Shown here piece by piece: positions 46,948 through 56,109 of a DNA stretch of 64,000 bases (position 1 is the stretch's first letter; each line of letters begins with the position of its first letter). The notes beneath the pieces are model-generated. The model made no database searches and was not told the origin of the DNA. It saw only the letters and a list, made by a program, of their open reading frames with translations. Origin of the DNA: Christensenellales bacterium (GTDB taxonomy: Bacteria; Bacillota; Clostridia; Christensenellales; UBA1242); contig JBJFDL010000003.1 in the NCBI GenBank assembly GCA_051889995.1, positions 14,020-78,019 on the forward strand, read 5' to 3'. A program made the translations under genes and the position numbers.

Positions 46948-48477
46948 TTAAACGGATTTTTTCTTTCTTTTTAAGATTTTAATTTGTTTAAGATTAACAA
47001 ATAATCCATCCAAAGTTATAATTCTAAATACTAAACAAAGAGTAAAATAGGAAAGAACGCCCAAAATACAACTAAAACCAATTGCAAAGAAGTTAGTAAA
47101 GATTTTTATAAAGCAATTATAACTCCATTTAGTTAATAAAACTGAAGGTATTAAAAATATACACATTTTTATTGTGCTTTTTAAAATAATATTAGTAGCA
47201 CCAATTTCTTTTTTTATCATTTTAAGATTTAAAATTCCAGAAATAATTAATGACGCTCCCATGCCAACAGCAAGTGAATAAATCCCCAAATATTTTGGAA
47301 GGAAAATTATTCCTAAAATCATAAAAACACTACCAAGAACATAGTGAATAAAGCTTTTAACTTCTAGTCCCATAGAATTTAAAATGCTCGATGTTATATT
47401 ATTAATTCCCATAGGTAACATAATCAAAGCACAATATTCAAGCATAACACCACTCATCTCATTGTTATAAACAAATAACCCAATTTCTTTTCCAATGCCC
47501 ATGAAACAAGGGATTAAGAGCAAAGAAATAAAGACTGAAAAAGTGATACTTGATTTAATCTTGCTTTCAAATTCATAGTAATTTTTTTCTGCTTTCAATT
47601 TTGCCAAATCTGGGATTAGTGCTGTCGATAGGGAACCCACTAATGTATTAGGTAGATATAAAAGAGGAAGTGTCATTCCTAGCGCTATTCCAAAAAGAGA
47701 AAGTGCTTGTTCGCTAGAATAACCAACATTAATAAGTCTTAAAGGAACAATAACAGAAATAAGCATTCCTGCTATGCTAGATACAATACGCAATAAGGTT
47801 ATAGGCAAAGATTTTTTAATTAAAAGCTTAAATTCGCCACAAGGATTAGAAAAACGGCCTTTATACTTAAAGTAATACAACATACTAATTATTGTTGAAA
47901 TTAGACAGGCTATACTTGTGCTAAGAGCACATAAAACAATTCCTTCTTCAATACTTTTAGCTTTAGTTACCAAAATGAAGATAAGTGAAACTTTAATTAT
48001 TGCTTCAATAAAATCTACTAAACAATTAGCAAAATGTTTTTGACCGCCCCAAAGAGAACCTTTAAAACCAACGTTAAGAGCTGTTCCAATTAGTGCTGGA
48101 AGCAAAGCAATTAAAACGCTTGTAACCAATGAACTTTTACTCAACATTGTTATAGTATCTTTAAAAATAAGAGTTAAAATGCAAATAATAACAGCTAACG
48201 AGAATGCTAGAAGTGTGCTTGCTGTTACCAATTTATTTTCTCTTATGTAATTTTTTGTTGCTTTATATTCTGCAGAAAGTCTAGAAACTGTTAATGGTAT
48301 TCCACTAGAAACTATTGTCATAAAAACCCCCAAAATGCTTGCGCTTATTTGGAATATTCCTATAACTTCAGCTCCTAGAGTTCTACTCATAAAAATTCGT
48401 AAAATAAAACCAATCACTCGTGTTAATATGGAAAATATTGTAATAATAAATACGGCCTTAAATAAATTTTTAAACAT
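46948..48477 (-). CDS. spoVB: MOP-superfamily flippase, SpoVB-like (stage V sporulation protein B / MurJ-like)
   Basis: 509 aa with about 14 TM segments. The N-terminus reads ILTRVIGFILRIFMSRTLGAEVIGIFQ. Confidence 0.55.
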   Translation of the reverse strand: MFKNLFKAVFIITIFSILTRVIGFILRIFMSRTLGAEVIGIFQISASILGVFMTIVSSGIPLTVSRLSAEYKATKNYIRENKLVTASTLLAFSLAVIICILTLIFKDTITMLSKSSLVTSVLIALLPALIGTALNVGFKGSLWGGQKHFANCLVDFIEAIIKVSLIFILVTKAKSIEEGIVLCALSTSIACLISTIISMLYYFKYKGRFSNPCGEFKLLIKKSLPITLLRIVSSIAGMLISVIVPLRLINVGYSSEQALSLFGIALGMTLPLLYLPNTLVGSLSTALIPDLAKLKAEKNYYEFESKIKSSITFSVFISLLLIPCFMGIGKEIGLFVYNNEMSGVMLEYCALIMLPMGINNITSSILNSMGLEVKSFIHYVLGSVFMILGIIFLPKYLGIYSLAVGMGASLIISGILNLKMIKKEIGATNIILKSTIKMCIFLIPSVLLTKWSYNCFIKIFTNFFAIGFSCILGVLSYFTLCLVFRIITLDGLFVNLKQIKILKRKKKSV

Positions 48478-48528
48478 ATTTAATTATATTATTTGCATTT
48501 GCAAAATATAATAGTTCAAGGAGTTTTT

Positions 48529-48840
48529 ATGGAAATTAAAAAAGTAGCGAATAAAGATTTTATATACAAAGTTCAAGAAAAGGAAACAATTAAAGATATT
48601 TGTTTAAAATTTAAGATATTAGAAAATAATTTAGTAAGAGAAAATAATTTAACAAATAAGTCCTTACAAGCTGGCGATTTACTATATATTTCTTGTGAAA
48701 ACAATTTATTGCATATTGTTAAGCCATTAGAAACGTTACAAAGCATAGCAAAAAAATATAATGTGTCAAGCGAATATATAGTTAAAAAAAATAATTTACA
48801 AAATAAAAATTTATTTATAGGACAAAAACTAGTTTTATAA
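48529..48840 (+). CDS. LysM-domain protein (two LysM repeats)
   Basis: YKVQEKETIKDICLKFKI...NNL and HIVKPLETLQSIAKKYNVS...NNL. The start was moved to the ATG at 48529 (SD aaggag). Confidence 0.7.
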   Translation: MEIKKVANKDFIYKVQEKETIKDICLKFKILENNLVRENNLTNKSLQAGDLLYISCENNLLHIVKPLETLQSIAKKYNVSSEYIVKKNNLQNKNLFIGQKLVL

Positions 48841-48845
48841 TATAA

Positions 48846-48873
48846 AAAGGTGCTACTGTTCAGTAACACCTTT
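48846..48873. terminator. Bidirectional terminator
   Basis: aaaggtgctactg/cagtaacaccttt flanked by A and T runs, between two convergent genes. Confidence 0.7.
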
Positions 48874-48886
48874 ATTATTTTTTTGG

Positions 48887-51800
48887 TTATTTTTTCTTGT
48901 TAGATTTTTTTGCACGATTTTGTCTTTTTTCAAGTTTAACTTGTGCTCTGTAAGCTTTGTATTCTTCAATTAATAATCTTTCTTCTTCTAATATTGCATC
49001 AATTTCTTTTTCTATTTCCATTAATTTAGCAATCAATTCTTGTCTACGAGCAAGATATTTTTCTTTTCTTAATTGTTTTAATCTTTGTTTTGCTTCTAGT
49101 TTTAATTTTCGTGCTTCATCTTTTGCTTCTTTTAGGGAAGTGTCTTTATAAGTTTCTTTAATTTGAGCTTCAATTTTTTCATGCTCTTCTTGTAATGCTT
49201 CTTTCATTGCACGAGCATTTCTATATTCAGCTTTGTTAGCATCAATTTCCAATTGAACTTCAGCAAGCATTTGTCTTAAAGCACGTAATCTTTCTTCTCT
49301 TGCTTTAATTCTTTCACGTCTTTCGTGTTCTCTTACAATTGTTTTAGCGCGGTCATAATCTTGTTCTTTAATTTTAACTGGAAGTTTGAAGTCAATTCTT
49401 CTAATTAAAAGACCAATCATTGCAATTAGTAAGGCAATGGCTAAAATTAAAGTTGGAACAACAAGCCAATCAAAGTTGATTCCAGAAGTTGAATTTGTTT
49501 CTTCTTCGCCGTCATCATCTTGTTTTTCTGTATCACCAATAACTAATGTGTGCTCATCATCAGAAAGGGTAGAACTGGCACTTGTAAATGTAGCCTCGTC
49601 GATTTTTTCAATTTTAATATCATCAAAGAAAGCGTAACCACTTGTTAAAGCATCTTCGCTTCCTAAACTTAATTTAAAGTTAACTGTTGTATCACTAGTT
49701 GCGTAAATATAGAAAGTGTAAACTTCAAATTCGTTTTCGTTTGTTATTCCTGAAAAGCTTTCGCCAATATTTGTAAGTTCAATTTTTGCTCCGAAAGGAA
49801 TGATTTCATCGTTGTCATCTTTTTGAACATTACTTGCTTCTTGTTTAGTATATAAAGTTTTAACAGCAACGCTAACTTTATAATAATTTGAACTAGTTAA
49901 ATTGAAATCAGTTGTTTGCATTGTATAATAACTATCAGTAATATTATGAATAGCTAAAACATATTCATCATCAACTTGTCCAATATCTAGTGTTGGGTGA
50001 GTGCTTGAATTAATAACACCTGCTTCACAATTTCCACTACCGTAATTTGTTCCTTTAAGGTTTAATGGAGTGTAGTAGTAATTGTTTGAAGTAGATAACA
50101 TTGTTAAATCAACAACAGATAAATCAGTAACATAAGTGTAGTTTGTGTTTTCAGCGTCAAGATAATCACTCTCTTCAATTGTTTCAAGTTTTGCGTTATC
50201 AAATATTGCATAACCTTTTTCTTGACTATCACTTGTTCCTAAACCAATGTTTAGGTAGAAAGATTCACTGCTATCAAAAGTTTTAATATAAACGGCGAAT
50301 TCTTTCCAATTACCATCAGTTTTAATATTATTAAATGTCGCAATTGTTTTTGTTGAATTTGAAACTGTAACATAAGCACCAGCATCAAAAATTAAACTTT
50401 GTGTTTGAACATATATGCTCATTTTATAGTAACTTGCTGCTGATAAAGAAATTTCTTTACTTTGTGCTGATTGATAACTTTTTACTGTGTTAGCAAGAAC
50501 AAATACATTATTGTTAGTTAAATCAGTGTTTGAATTGTTTACAGATGCTGGATTGTTAAAAGCAAATCCGTAACTATTAAATACTGTAGTGTTTACATTA
50601 ACAATGCCATTGTAATTATTTGCTTCATCACTATTGTTAATAGTCCAATCACTTGCAGAGAATGGGTAAGCATCTTCAGTTGAATTGATTGTTACTTCAT
50701 TAAATGCGCCATTGGCAACGGATGCTGTTTCAGTTGTAGTTGTAAAATCAATTGATTTTGAATAACTGCTTGTTCCCAAATTAGTGTAATCATCAGAAGT
50801 AATTTCTTCAAGTTTAAAATTGTCAAAGAATGCAAATCCTTTAACTAATGAATTTTCAGCACCTAAGGCAATTGTTAATGTTGCATTTGAATTCTTGAAT
50901 ACATTACCTTTAATTAGAAAATAGTAAGTAATCCAATTGTTTTTAATTAAATTTTCTTCTTCACTAGTTGAAATATTACTGAATCCATCGCTTGCAACAG
51001 TATAATTTTCGCTAGTAAAAGGATTTTGTTGTGTTAAAGTAACATTAACTCCACCTTCACTAAAAGATGATGTGTAAAGGTCAAAAGATAATTTATATAA
51101 TTTGTGTTGTTCGATTTTAATGTTTTTATTTTCATAAGCCACATAATCTGCTGAATTATTATTGATTAATAGCGCATAAGCATTATCATTTCTGTTAGCA
51201 GAAGTAGGATTTGTTGTTAAGTTGCAATAAGTGCTATTGAATGACTCACCAATACCCACTATGCCTGTAACATTACCAGTTGTATCATTACCGTTACTTG
51301 TTGCAACTCTTGAAAAATCATTTGTTGCAGTTTCAAAATCACCATTAAGAATTCCGTTTGTTACTGATACATCTTTTGTGTTTAATGTGATAACTTGATG
51401 TGCAACAGAAAGTGTTGATATTTCATTAAAATATACATCTTTACTTAATGAGAAAGCTGATAGACTATCGAAGAATACTGCGCCGTCACTTTTAAAGTTA
51501 TCTTTAGTTCCAATGTAAAGTTGTAATTTAACTTTTTCGCTTGTCAGAGCAGTTTGAATATAAAATCTATATTCTCTCCAAGCACCTCTAGTTGAAATGT
51601 TTTCAATTTTTGATTCATCCATTTCATCAATTTTGTCATTATACAAATATAAACTGGCAGTGCTTGTTCTTCCGTCAGTATTTTGAGTGTAAACATATGC
51701 TGAAATAACATAATAACCATTTGCATCTAATGAAATTTCTGCTGTTTCATATCCAAAATTTGAAAGAAGTGATTGATTATTAATCATTAAAACTTTTGTG

Positions 51801-52144
51801 TCTTCACTAATTTTAGGAGCAGAAGGATTAAATGAAAGTTTATATTTTTCTTCATAGTTTTCGCTAAAATATTCAAGTTCTGTGTCTATTACGCCAGCAA
51901 TTGTGCTACCTTGTGTTCCCAAAGTTGTGAAAGAATCTGGTGCAGCAGGAGTAGTGACAGAAGAATGTGAAGTAAAGTCTTTGTTAGCTATAGTAACTTC
52001 GGTTTTCACACTTTCAGCATAAACACTATCTTTTTTATCAAAATTAAAAACTGATAAAACAGAAATTAAATTTTGTGCAAAAAACATAGTGATAATAATC
52101 GCTATAATTGAAATTTTCTTTAATGTATTCATTTTATTTGTCAT
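48887..52144 (-). CDS. Large type-I membrane protein with four CBM-like (galactose-binding/jelly-roll-like) ectodomain modules, one TM segment and a 170-aa charged cytoplasmic coiled coil
   Basis: 1085 aa with an N-terminal signal anchor. Four modules each end in G-x-[AV]-[FI]-F-D-[NDS]-x-[KS]-[LI]-E (GAVFFDSLSAF, GFAFFDNFKLEE, GYAIFDNAKLET, GYAFFDDIKIEK). The TM segment is at 49400-49468 and the E/K/R/A-rich tail at 48890-49399. Confidence 0.7.
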   Translation of the reverse strand: MTNKMNTLKKISIIAIIITMFFAQNLISVLSVFNFDKKDSVYAESVKTEVTIANKDFTSHSSVTTPAAPDSFTTLGTQGSTIAGVIDTELEYFSENYEEKYKLSFNPSAPKISEDTKVLMINNQSLLSNFGYETAEISLDANGYYVISAYVYTQNTDGRTSTASLYLYNDKIDEMDESKIENISTRGAWREYRFYIQTALTSEKVKLQLYIGTKDNFKSDGAVFFDSLSAFSLSKDVYFNEISTLSVAHQVITLNTKDVSVTNGILNGDFETATNDFSRVATSNGNDTTGNVTGIVGIGESFNSTYCNLTTNPTSANRNDNAYALLINNNSADYVAYENKNIKIEQHKLYKLSFDLYTSSFSEGGVNVTLTQQNPFTSENYTVASDGFSNISTSEEENLIKNNWITYYFLIKGNVFKNSNATLTIALGAENSLVKGFAFFDNFKLEEITSDDYTNLGTSSYSKSIDFTTTTETASVANGAFNEVTINSTEDAYPFSASDWTINNSDEANNYNGIVNVNTTVFNSYGFAFNNPASVNNSNTDLTNNNVFVLANTVKSYQSAQSKEISLSAASYYKMSIYVQTQSLIFDAGAYVTVSNSTKTIATFNNIKTDGNWKEFAVYIKTFDSSESFYLNIGLGTSDSQEKGYAIFDNAKLETIEESDYLDAENTNYTYVTDLSVVDLTMLSTSNNYYYTPLNLKGTNYGSGNCEAGVINSSTHPTLDIGQVDDEYVLAIHNITDSYYTMQTTDFNLTSSNYYKVSVAVKTLYTKQEASNVQKDDNDEIIPFGAKIELTNIGESFSGITNENEFEVYTFYIYATSDTTVNFKLSLGSEDALTSGYAFFDDIKIEKIDEATFTSASSTLSDDEHTLVIGDTEKQDDDGEEETNSTSGINFDWLVVPTLILAIALLIAMIGLLIRRIDFKLPVKIKEQDYDRAKTIVREHERRERIKAREERLRALRQMLAEVQLEIDANKAEYRNARAMKEALQEEHEKIEAQIKETYKDTSLKEAKDEARKLKLEAKQRLKQLRKEKYLARRQELIAKLMEIEKEIDAILEEERLLIEEYKAYRAQVKLEKRQNRAKKSNKKK

Positions 52145-52248
52145 AATTCTATTCCTTTTTTGTTTAATAACTTATTTAGTATATTATAAATAAAACTTTT
52201 TTGCAATTATTTTTGCTTAAAATTTTAAAATTTGTTAAATATTTTCAT

Positions 52249-52623
52249 ATGCAGAAATCAAAAAGTGAGAAGAAAAACTTAATTTTAAGTATTGTTAGTG
52301 GAATATTAGTTGGCTTTATTAACGGCTTTTTTGGTGGTGGGGGTGGAATGATAGTTGTGCCGTTATTTATTTTTCTTTTGAAACTAGAAGAAAAGACAGC
52401 ACATGCTAGTAGTATTTTCGTAATTTTACCATTAAGTATAACCAGTGCAATAATTTATATAACAAAAGGAAGTGTAAATTTAGTTAATTTGTCTGTAGTG
52501 TCAATAGGAGTAATTGCAGGTGGTATTTTAGGTTCAATTTTGCTTAAAAAGTTAAACAATGTTGTTATACGAATTATCTTTTCTGTAATAATGGTTATAG
52601 CAGGAATAAAACTAATGTTTTAG
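52249..52623 (+). CDS. TauE/SafE (DUF81) family half-size membrane protein, N-half
   Basis: GFFGGGGGMIVVPLF motif and 4 TM segments. The start at 52249 is tentative because there is no clear SD. Confidence 0.6.
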   Translation: MQKSKSEKKNLILSIVSGILVGFINGFFGGGGGMIVVPLFIFLLKLEEKTAHASSIFVILPLSITSAIIYITKGSVNLVNLSVVSIGVIAGGILGSILLKKLNNVVIRIIFSVIMVIAGIKLMF

Positions 52624-52631
52624 GAGAAAAA

Positions 52632-53003
52632 ATGAATTACATTTTATTAATTATTTTTGGTTTAGTTGGAGGAGTTTTAGGTGGTATGGGAATGGGTGGT
52701 GGAACGCTATTAATACCGCTTTTAACAATTTTTGCAAATTTTAAACAAGTAGAAAGTCAAGCAATTAATTTAATTGCTTTTATTCCAATGGCAGTTGTTG
52801 TTTTGATAATATACATTAAAGATAAAATGATAAATTTTAAGGTTTCAATACCAATAATAATATTTGGTGTAGTATTTTCTATTTTAGGTTCATTTTTAGC
52901 GAATAGTATAAACACATTAACATTAAAATTACTTTTTGGCATATTTTTGGTAAGTTTGGGACTTTTTCAGGGCGCAAGTTTATTTATTTTTGAAAAGAAA
53001 TAG
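52632..53003 (+). CDS. TauE/SafE (DUF81) family half-size membrane protein, C-half
   Basis: GGMGMGGGTLLIPLL motif and 4 TM segments, with SD aggaga. Confidence 0.65.
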   Translation: MNYILLIIFGLVGGVLGGMGMGGGTLLIPLLTIFANFKQVESQAINLIAFIPMAVVVLIIYIKDKMINFKVSIPIIIFGVVFSILGSFLANSINTLTLKLLFGIFLVSLGLFQGASLFIFEKK

Positions 53004-53037
53004 ATTTTTATCAAAAAAATTGCTATAATGAACATAT

Positions 53038-54156
53038 ATGAAAAAATGCAGAGTTAAAGATATCAAATTAGATAGTAACGAAATTGTTGAATTTAAAAAT
53101 GTAAATTCTCTTGGAATATCAAGTTCTCAAATTGAATTTTGCCCACTTTTTGAAATAAAAGTCAAAAAAGGAGATGAACTTTTTGTTGGTCAAACATTAA
53201 TGGAAAATCGGGATGGACAAAAAATAATTAGCACTATTTCTGGGAAAGTAACAAACATTAGTGTTGTTGAAGAAAGTGATGGTGTTGTTTCACATTATTT
53301 ATTTTGTGAAAATGATAAGAAATATGTTGAAAAACTACCCCAAAAATGCGAAATAAAAAGCAAAAAGTCTTTGCTTGAAACAATTAAAAATTATGGAATA
53401 TTAGGTGAAAAAACATATCTTTTAAAGCACTTTGAAAACCTATCAAATGTTTTAGAAATAGATGCTTTTGACGATAGTTTGATTTATAATAATAAGTATG
53501 TTCTAGATAATAATTTAAACCAATTGAAAAAGAGTATAGACTTCATAATTAAACTATTAAAAATTGAAAAAATAATTGTTTATTGCAATAGAAAATTTGA
53601 TGAGAAATTTGTTAAATTGTTAGGAAATAATAACTTTAAATTAATACATAAAAAACCCAGCAAAAATTTGATAACTTTATATGATTTTATTAAGATTATT
53701 GATGCTAAAAATGGTAAAATATGTTTGCCTAATTTAATCAGTTTTACTGGTGGTGCTTGTAGAAAAAGTTACGTTTTAACAACACATTTAGGTGTTAAAA
53801 TTCAAGATATAATAAATTTTTGCGGAGACTTTAAAGAAGACATGGATGTTGTTGAAGCGTTTAAATATGCAGCACTTAATGCTTTTAATGATGAAGTAAT
53901 TTTAAAGCAAAAAATAAAGAATACAAAAAATAAAACCGACAAGGAAAGTCTTATTAAACTTTTAAAAGAAAAGAAGCAAGAAGCTTATGAAAATGTTTTT
54001 TCAAAAAGGGAAGAATTTAGAAAAAAATTACTTAACTGTTTAGCAGTGTGTTTACTAAACGGCATTCATTCTAATAAATACGTAAAAAACCTAGATTTGC
54101 TTCTGCAAAATGAAATTTATAGTGTTCATTTATTAAATTATGAACAATTTAGATAA
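53038..54156 (+). CDS. RnfC/PduS-like protein lacking the NADH-, FMN- and Fe-S-binding motifs
   Basis: The N-terminal barrel-sandwich region (VKKGDELFVGQTLMEN...ISTISGKVTNI) resembles RnfC_N. The middle region LEIDAFDDSLIYNNKYVL parallels INGAECEPYLTaD, and ISFTGGACRKSYVLTTHLGVKIQDIINFCGDF parallels the SLBB region. There are no GGAGFP or CxxCxxC motifs. Confidence 0.4.
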   Translation: MKKCRVKDIKLDSNEIVEFKNVNSLGISSSQIEFCPLFEIKVKKGDELFVGQTLMENRDGQKIISTISGKVTNISVVEESDGVVSHYLFCENDKKYVEKLPQKCEIKSKKSLLETIKNYGILGEKTYLLKHFENLSNVLEIDAFDDSLIYNNKYVLDNNLNQLKKSIDFIIKLLKIEKIIVYCNRKFDEKFVKLLGNNNFKLIHKKPSKNLITLYDFIKIIDAKNGKICLPNLISFTGGACRKSYVLTTHLGVKIQDIINFCGDFKEDMDVVEAFKYAALNAFNDEVILKQKIKNTKNKTDKESLIKLLKEKKQEAYENVFSKREEFRKKLLNCLAVCLLNGIHSNKYVKNLDLLLQNEIYSVHLLNYEQFR

Positions 54157-54220
54157 AATTATAAAAAATGATTGAATATTTTTAAAATTGTGATATAATA
54201 TTTAAGTTATAGGAGAAAGT

Positions 54221-54400
54221 ATGGAAGAAAAGATTAAAGAAGTTAGAGAACTACTTGCAGGGTTTAACTGTGGTGGTTGTGGATTTGATAATTGTGACGA
54301 ATGTGCAAAAGCAATCGTTAATGGGAAAGCTAGTCCTGAAGATTGTTTGCCAATAGATGAAGAAAATATTGAAATTATTAACAATATTTTAAAAAAGTAA
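54221..54400 (+). CDS. Small RnfB-type Fe-S cluster domain protein (59 aa)
   Basis: This ORF is not in the supplied track. It has SD aggagaaag and encodes MEEKIKEVRELLAGFNCGGCGFDNCDECAKAIVNGKASPEDCLPIDEENIEIINNILKK*, which has the LPG.NCGGCG...C...A.A...G....C pattern of the RnfB N-terminal FeS domain. Confidence 0.7.
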   Translation: MEEKIKEVRELLAGFNCGGCGFDNCDECAKAIVNGKASPEDCLPIDEENIEIINNILKK

Positions 54401-54412
54401 AGGGGAAGAAAA

Positions 54413-55927
54413 ATGAAAAACATTGCCGTATTAGAATTAGATGTTTTAAATGTAAAACTAACAATAGCAACAGTCATTAAACAAAACGCTTTAGTCGTTT
54501 TGCATCAATCAACCGAACCTATAAATTTTGTAGCAGATATTGAAGAAGATGAAATAATTAAAAACGCAAAAATTAATGAAATGGTAGAAATTTGCCAAAG
54601 CTTTAAAAGTTTATGTGAAACATATCAAGTTGTGGAAACAACTTGTTTAGCACAAAGAAGTTTTTACAATGTTAAAAATGAAGTTAGTTTCTTTGAACAA
54701 GTTTATAACAAATGTGGTTTAAAATTTAGAGAAATGACTGAAGAAGAAGAAATCAATGGATTTTATTATGCTGTTGTAAATAGCATTGATGTTTCTAGAG
54801 GATTATTATTTGCAGTAAACACAAATGATACAGTCATTTTAAATTTTAGTAAAAGGTCAATTTTTGAAAAAACAATTTTACCTTATGGAACATTAAACAT
54901 TTTGCAAAAATTAAACTTGGAAAATGCAGCGCCTGCTGAAGTGTTAAAGGGTGTAACAAACTTTTTTAAAAATGAATTGTTAAAAGTTGAATGGTTAAAA
55001 AGTGTTGAACCTGAACTTACAGTTGTAGGTATGGGAAGATATTTCTCAAGTATATGCAAACTTGCTAGAAGATTAACTAAATATCCTTTAGAAATTGAAA
55101 ATATGTATCCATTAACACAAGACGATTTTGAAACAGTTTATAATTTTGTTTCTGGTCTTGACTTAGATAAAACTAAAAAAATTAAAGGGATTTCAAAAGA
55201 TAGAGCAGACTTGTTTGTAAGTTCAATAGCAATTTACAAAGCTATATTTGAAAGCATTGAAGCAACTCAATTGTTTGCAACTAAACCAGGATTTAGCGAA
55301 GGTGCATTAAGTTGTTTTGCAAATCCAAATTTAAATGATAAACCTTATCCAGATATTTTAGGAAATTCACTTGATGTTATAAACGAATTTTATACTCCAA
55401 AACCAAATAATATAGAACACGTATATTTATTAACGGTAGTTTTATATAAACAACTAAAGGTTCTTCATAAACTACCAAGAACTTATGTTAAAGCATTAAG
55501 AATTGCTGCTAATTTGTATAATTGTGGAGATAGAATAAATCCATATGAAAGTAATAGATGTGCATATGATATTGTGAAAAATTCATATATTATGGGTGCA
55601 AGTCACAGAGATATATTGCTAGCAAGTTTTATTTTGCTTTGCACAAAATTAGATGATTTTAGTTTAACTGAATGGATTAAATATAAAAATTTGTTAACAG
55701 ATGAGGATATTGACGCTGTTAAAAAATTAGCTGTAATTGTTAATTTGGCAGTAAGTCTTGATAGATTTTCAAAACGCAAAATTACTGATGTTTCTTGTGA
55801 TATTTTAGGTGATTCAATAATTATTAAAACTCAAAGTGAACAACCAGCACCACTTGAAATAAGAGAAGGTATGAAAAACGAACAAGACTTTAAGAAAGTG
55901 TTTAAGAAAAATCTTGAATTGTTATAA
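54413..55927 (+). CDS. Ppx/GppA-family protein with degenerate catalytic motifs
   Basis: 504 aa with SD aaagggga. It has the overall Ppx/GppA plus HD-like C-domain layout. However, DIGSNS is replaced by ELDVLN, DIGGGS by AVNTND, and LHDIG by LYNCG (by-eye alignment). Confidence 0.5.
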   Translation: MKNIAVLELDVLNVKLTIATVIKQNALVVLHQSTEPINFVADIEEDEIIKNAKINEMVEICQSFKSLCETYQVVETTCLAQRSFYNVKNEVSFFEQVYNKCGLKFREMTEEEEINGFYYAVVNSIDVSRGLLFAVNTNDTVILNFSKRSIFEKTILPYGTLNILQKLNLENAAPAEVLKGVTNFFKNELLKVEWLKSVEPELTVVGMGRYFSSICKLARRLTKYPLEIENMYPLTQDDFETVYNFVSGLDLDKTKKIKGISKDRADLFVSSIAIYKAIFESIEATQLFATKPGFSEGALSCFANPNLNDKPYPDILGNSLDVINEFYTPKPNNIEHVYLLTVVLYKQLKVLHKLPRTYVKALRIAANLYNCGDRINPYESNRCAYDIVKNSYIMGASHRDILLASFILLCTKLDDFSLTEWIKYKNLLTDEDIDAVKKLAVIVNLAVSLDRFSKRKITDVSCDILGDSIIIKTQSEQPAPLEIREGMKNEQDFKKVFKKNLELL

Positions 55928-56109
55928 AATTATAACAAAAATATTCGGCTATAAAATGATTTGCCAAACAGAATCTAAAGTGCTAAATACTTAAGAAGAT
56001 AGTAAATTTATGTGTAAAATCTTCTTAATAGATTAAAAAAACATATTAGCAATCAAATGTGTTTGAAAACTAATATGTTAATTTAAAGGGAAAAGAAATT
56101 TTCTCTTTT

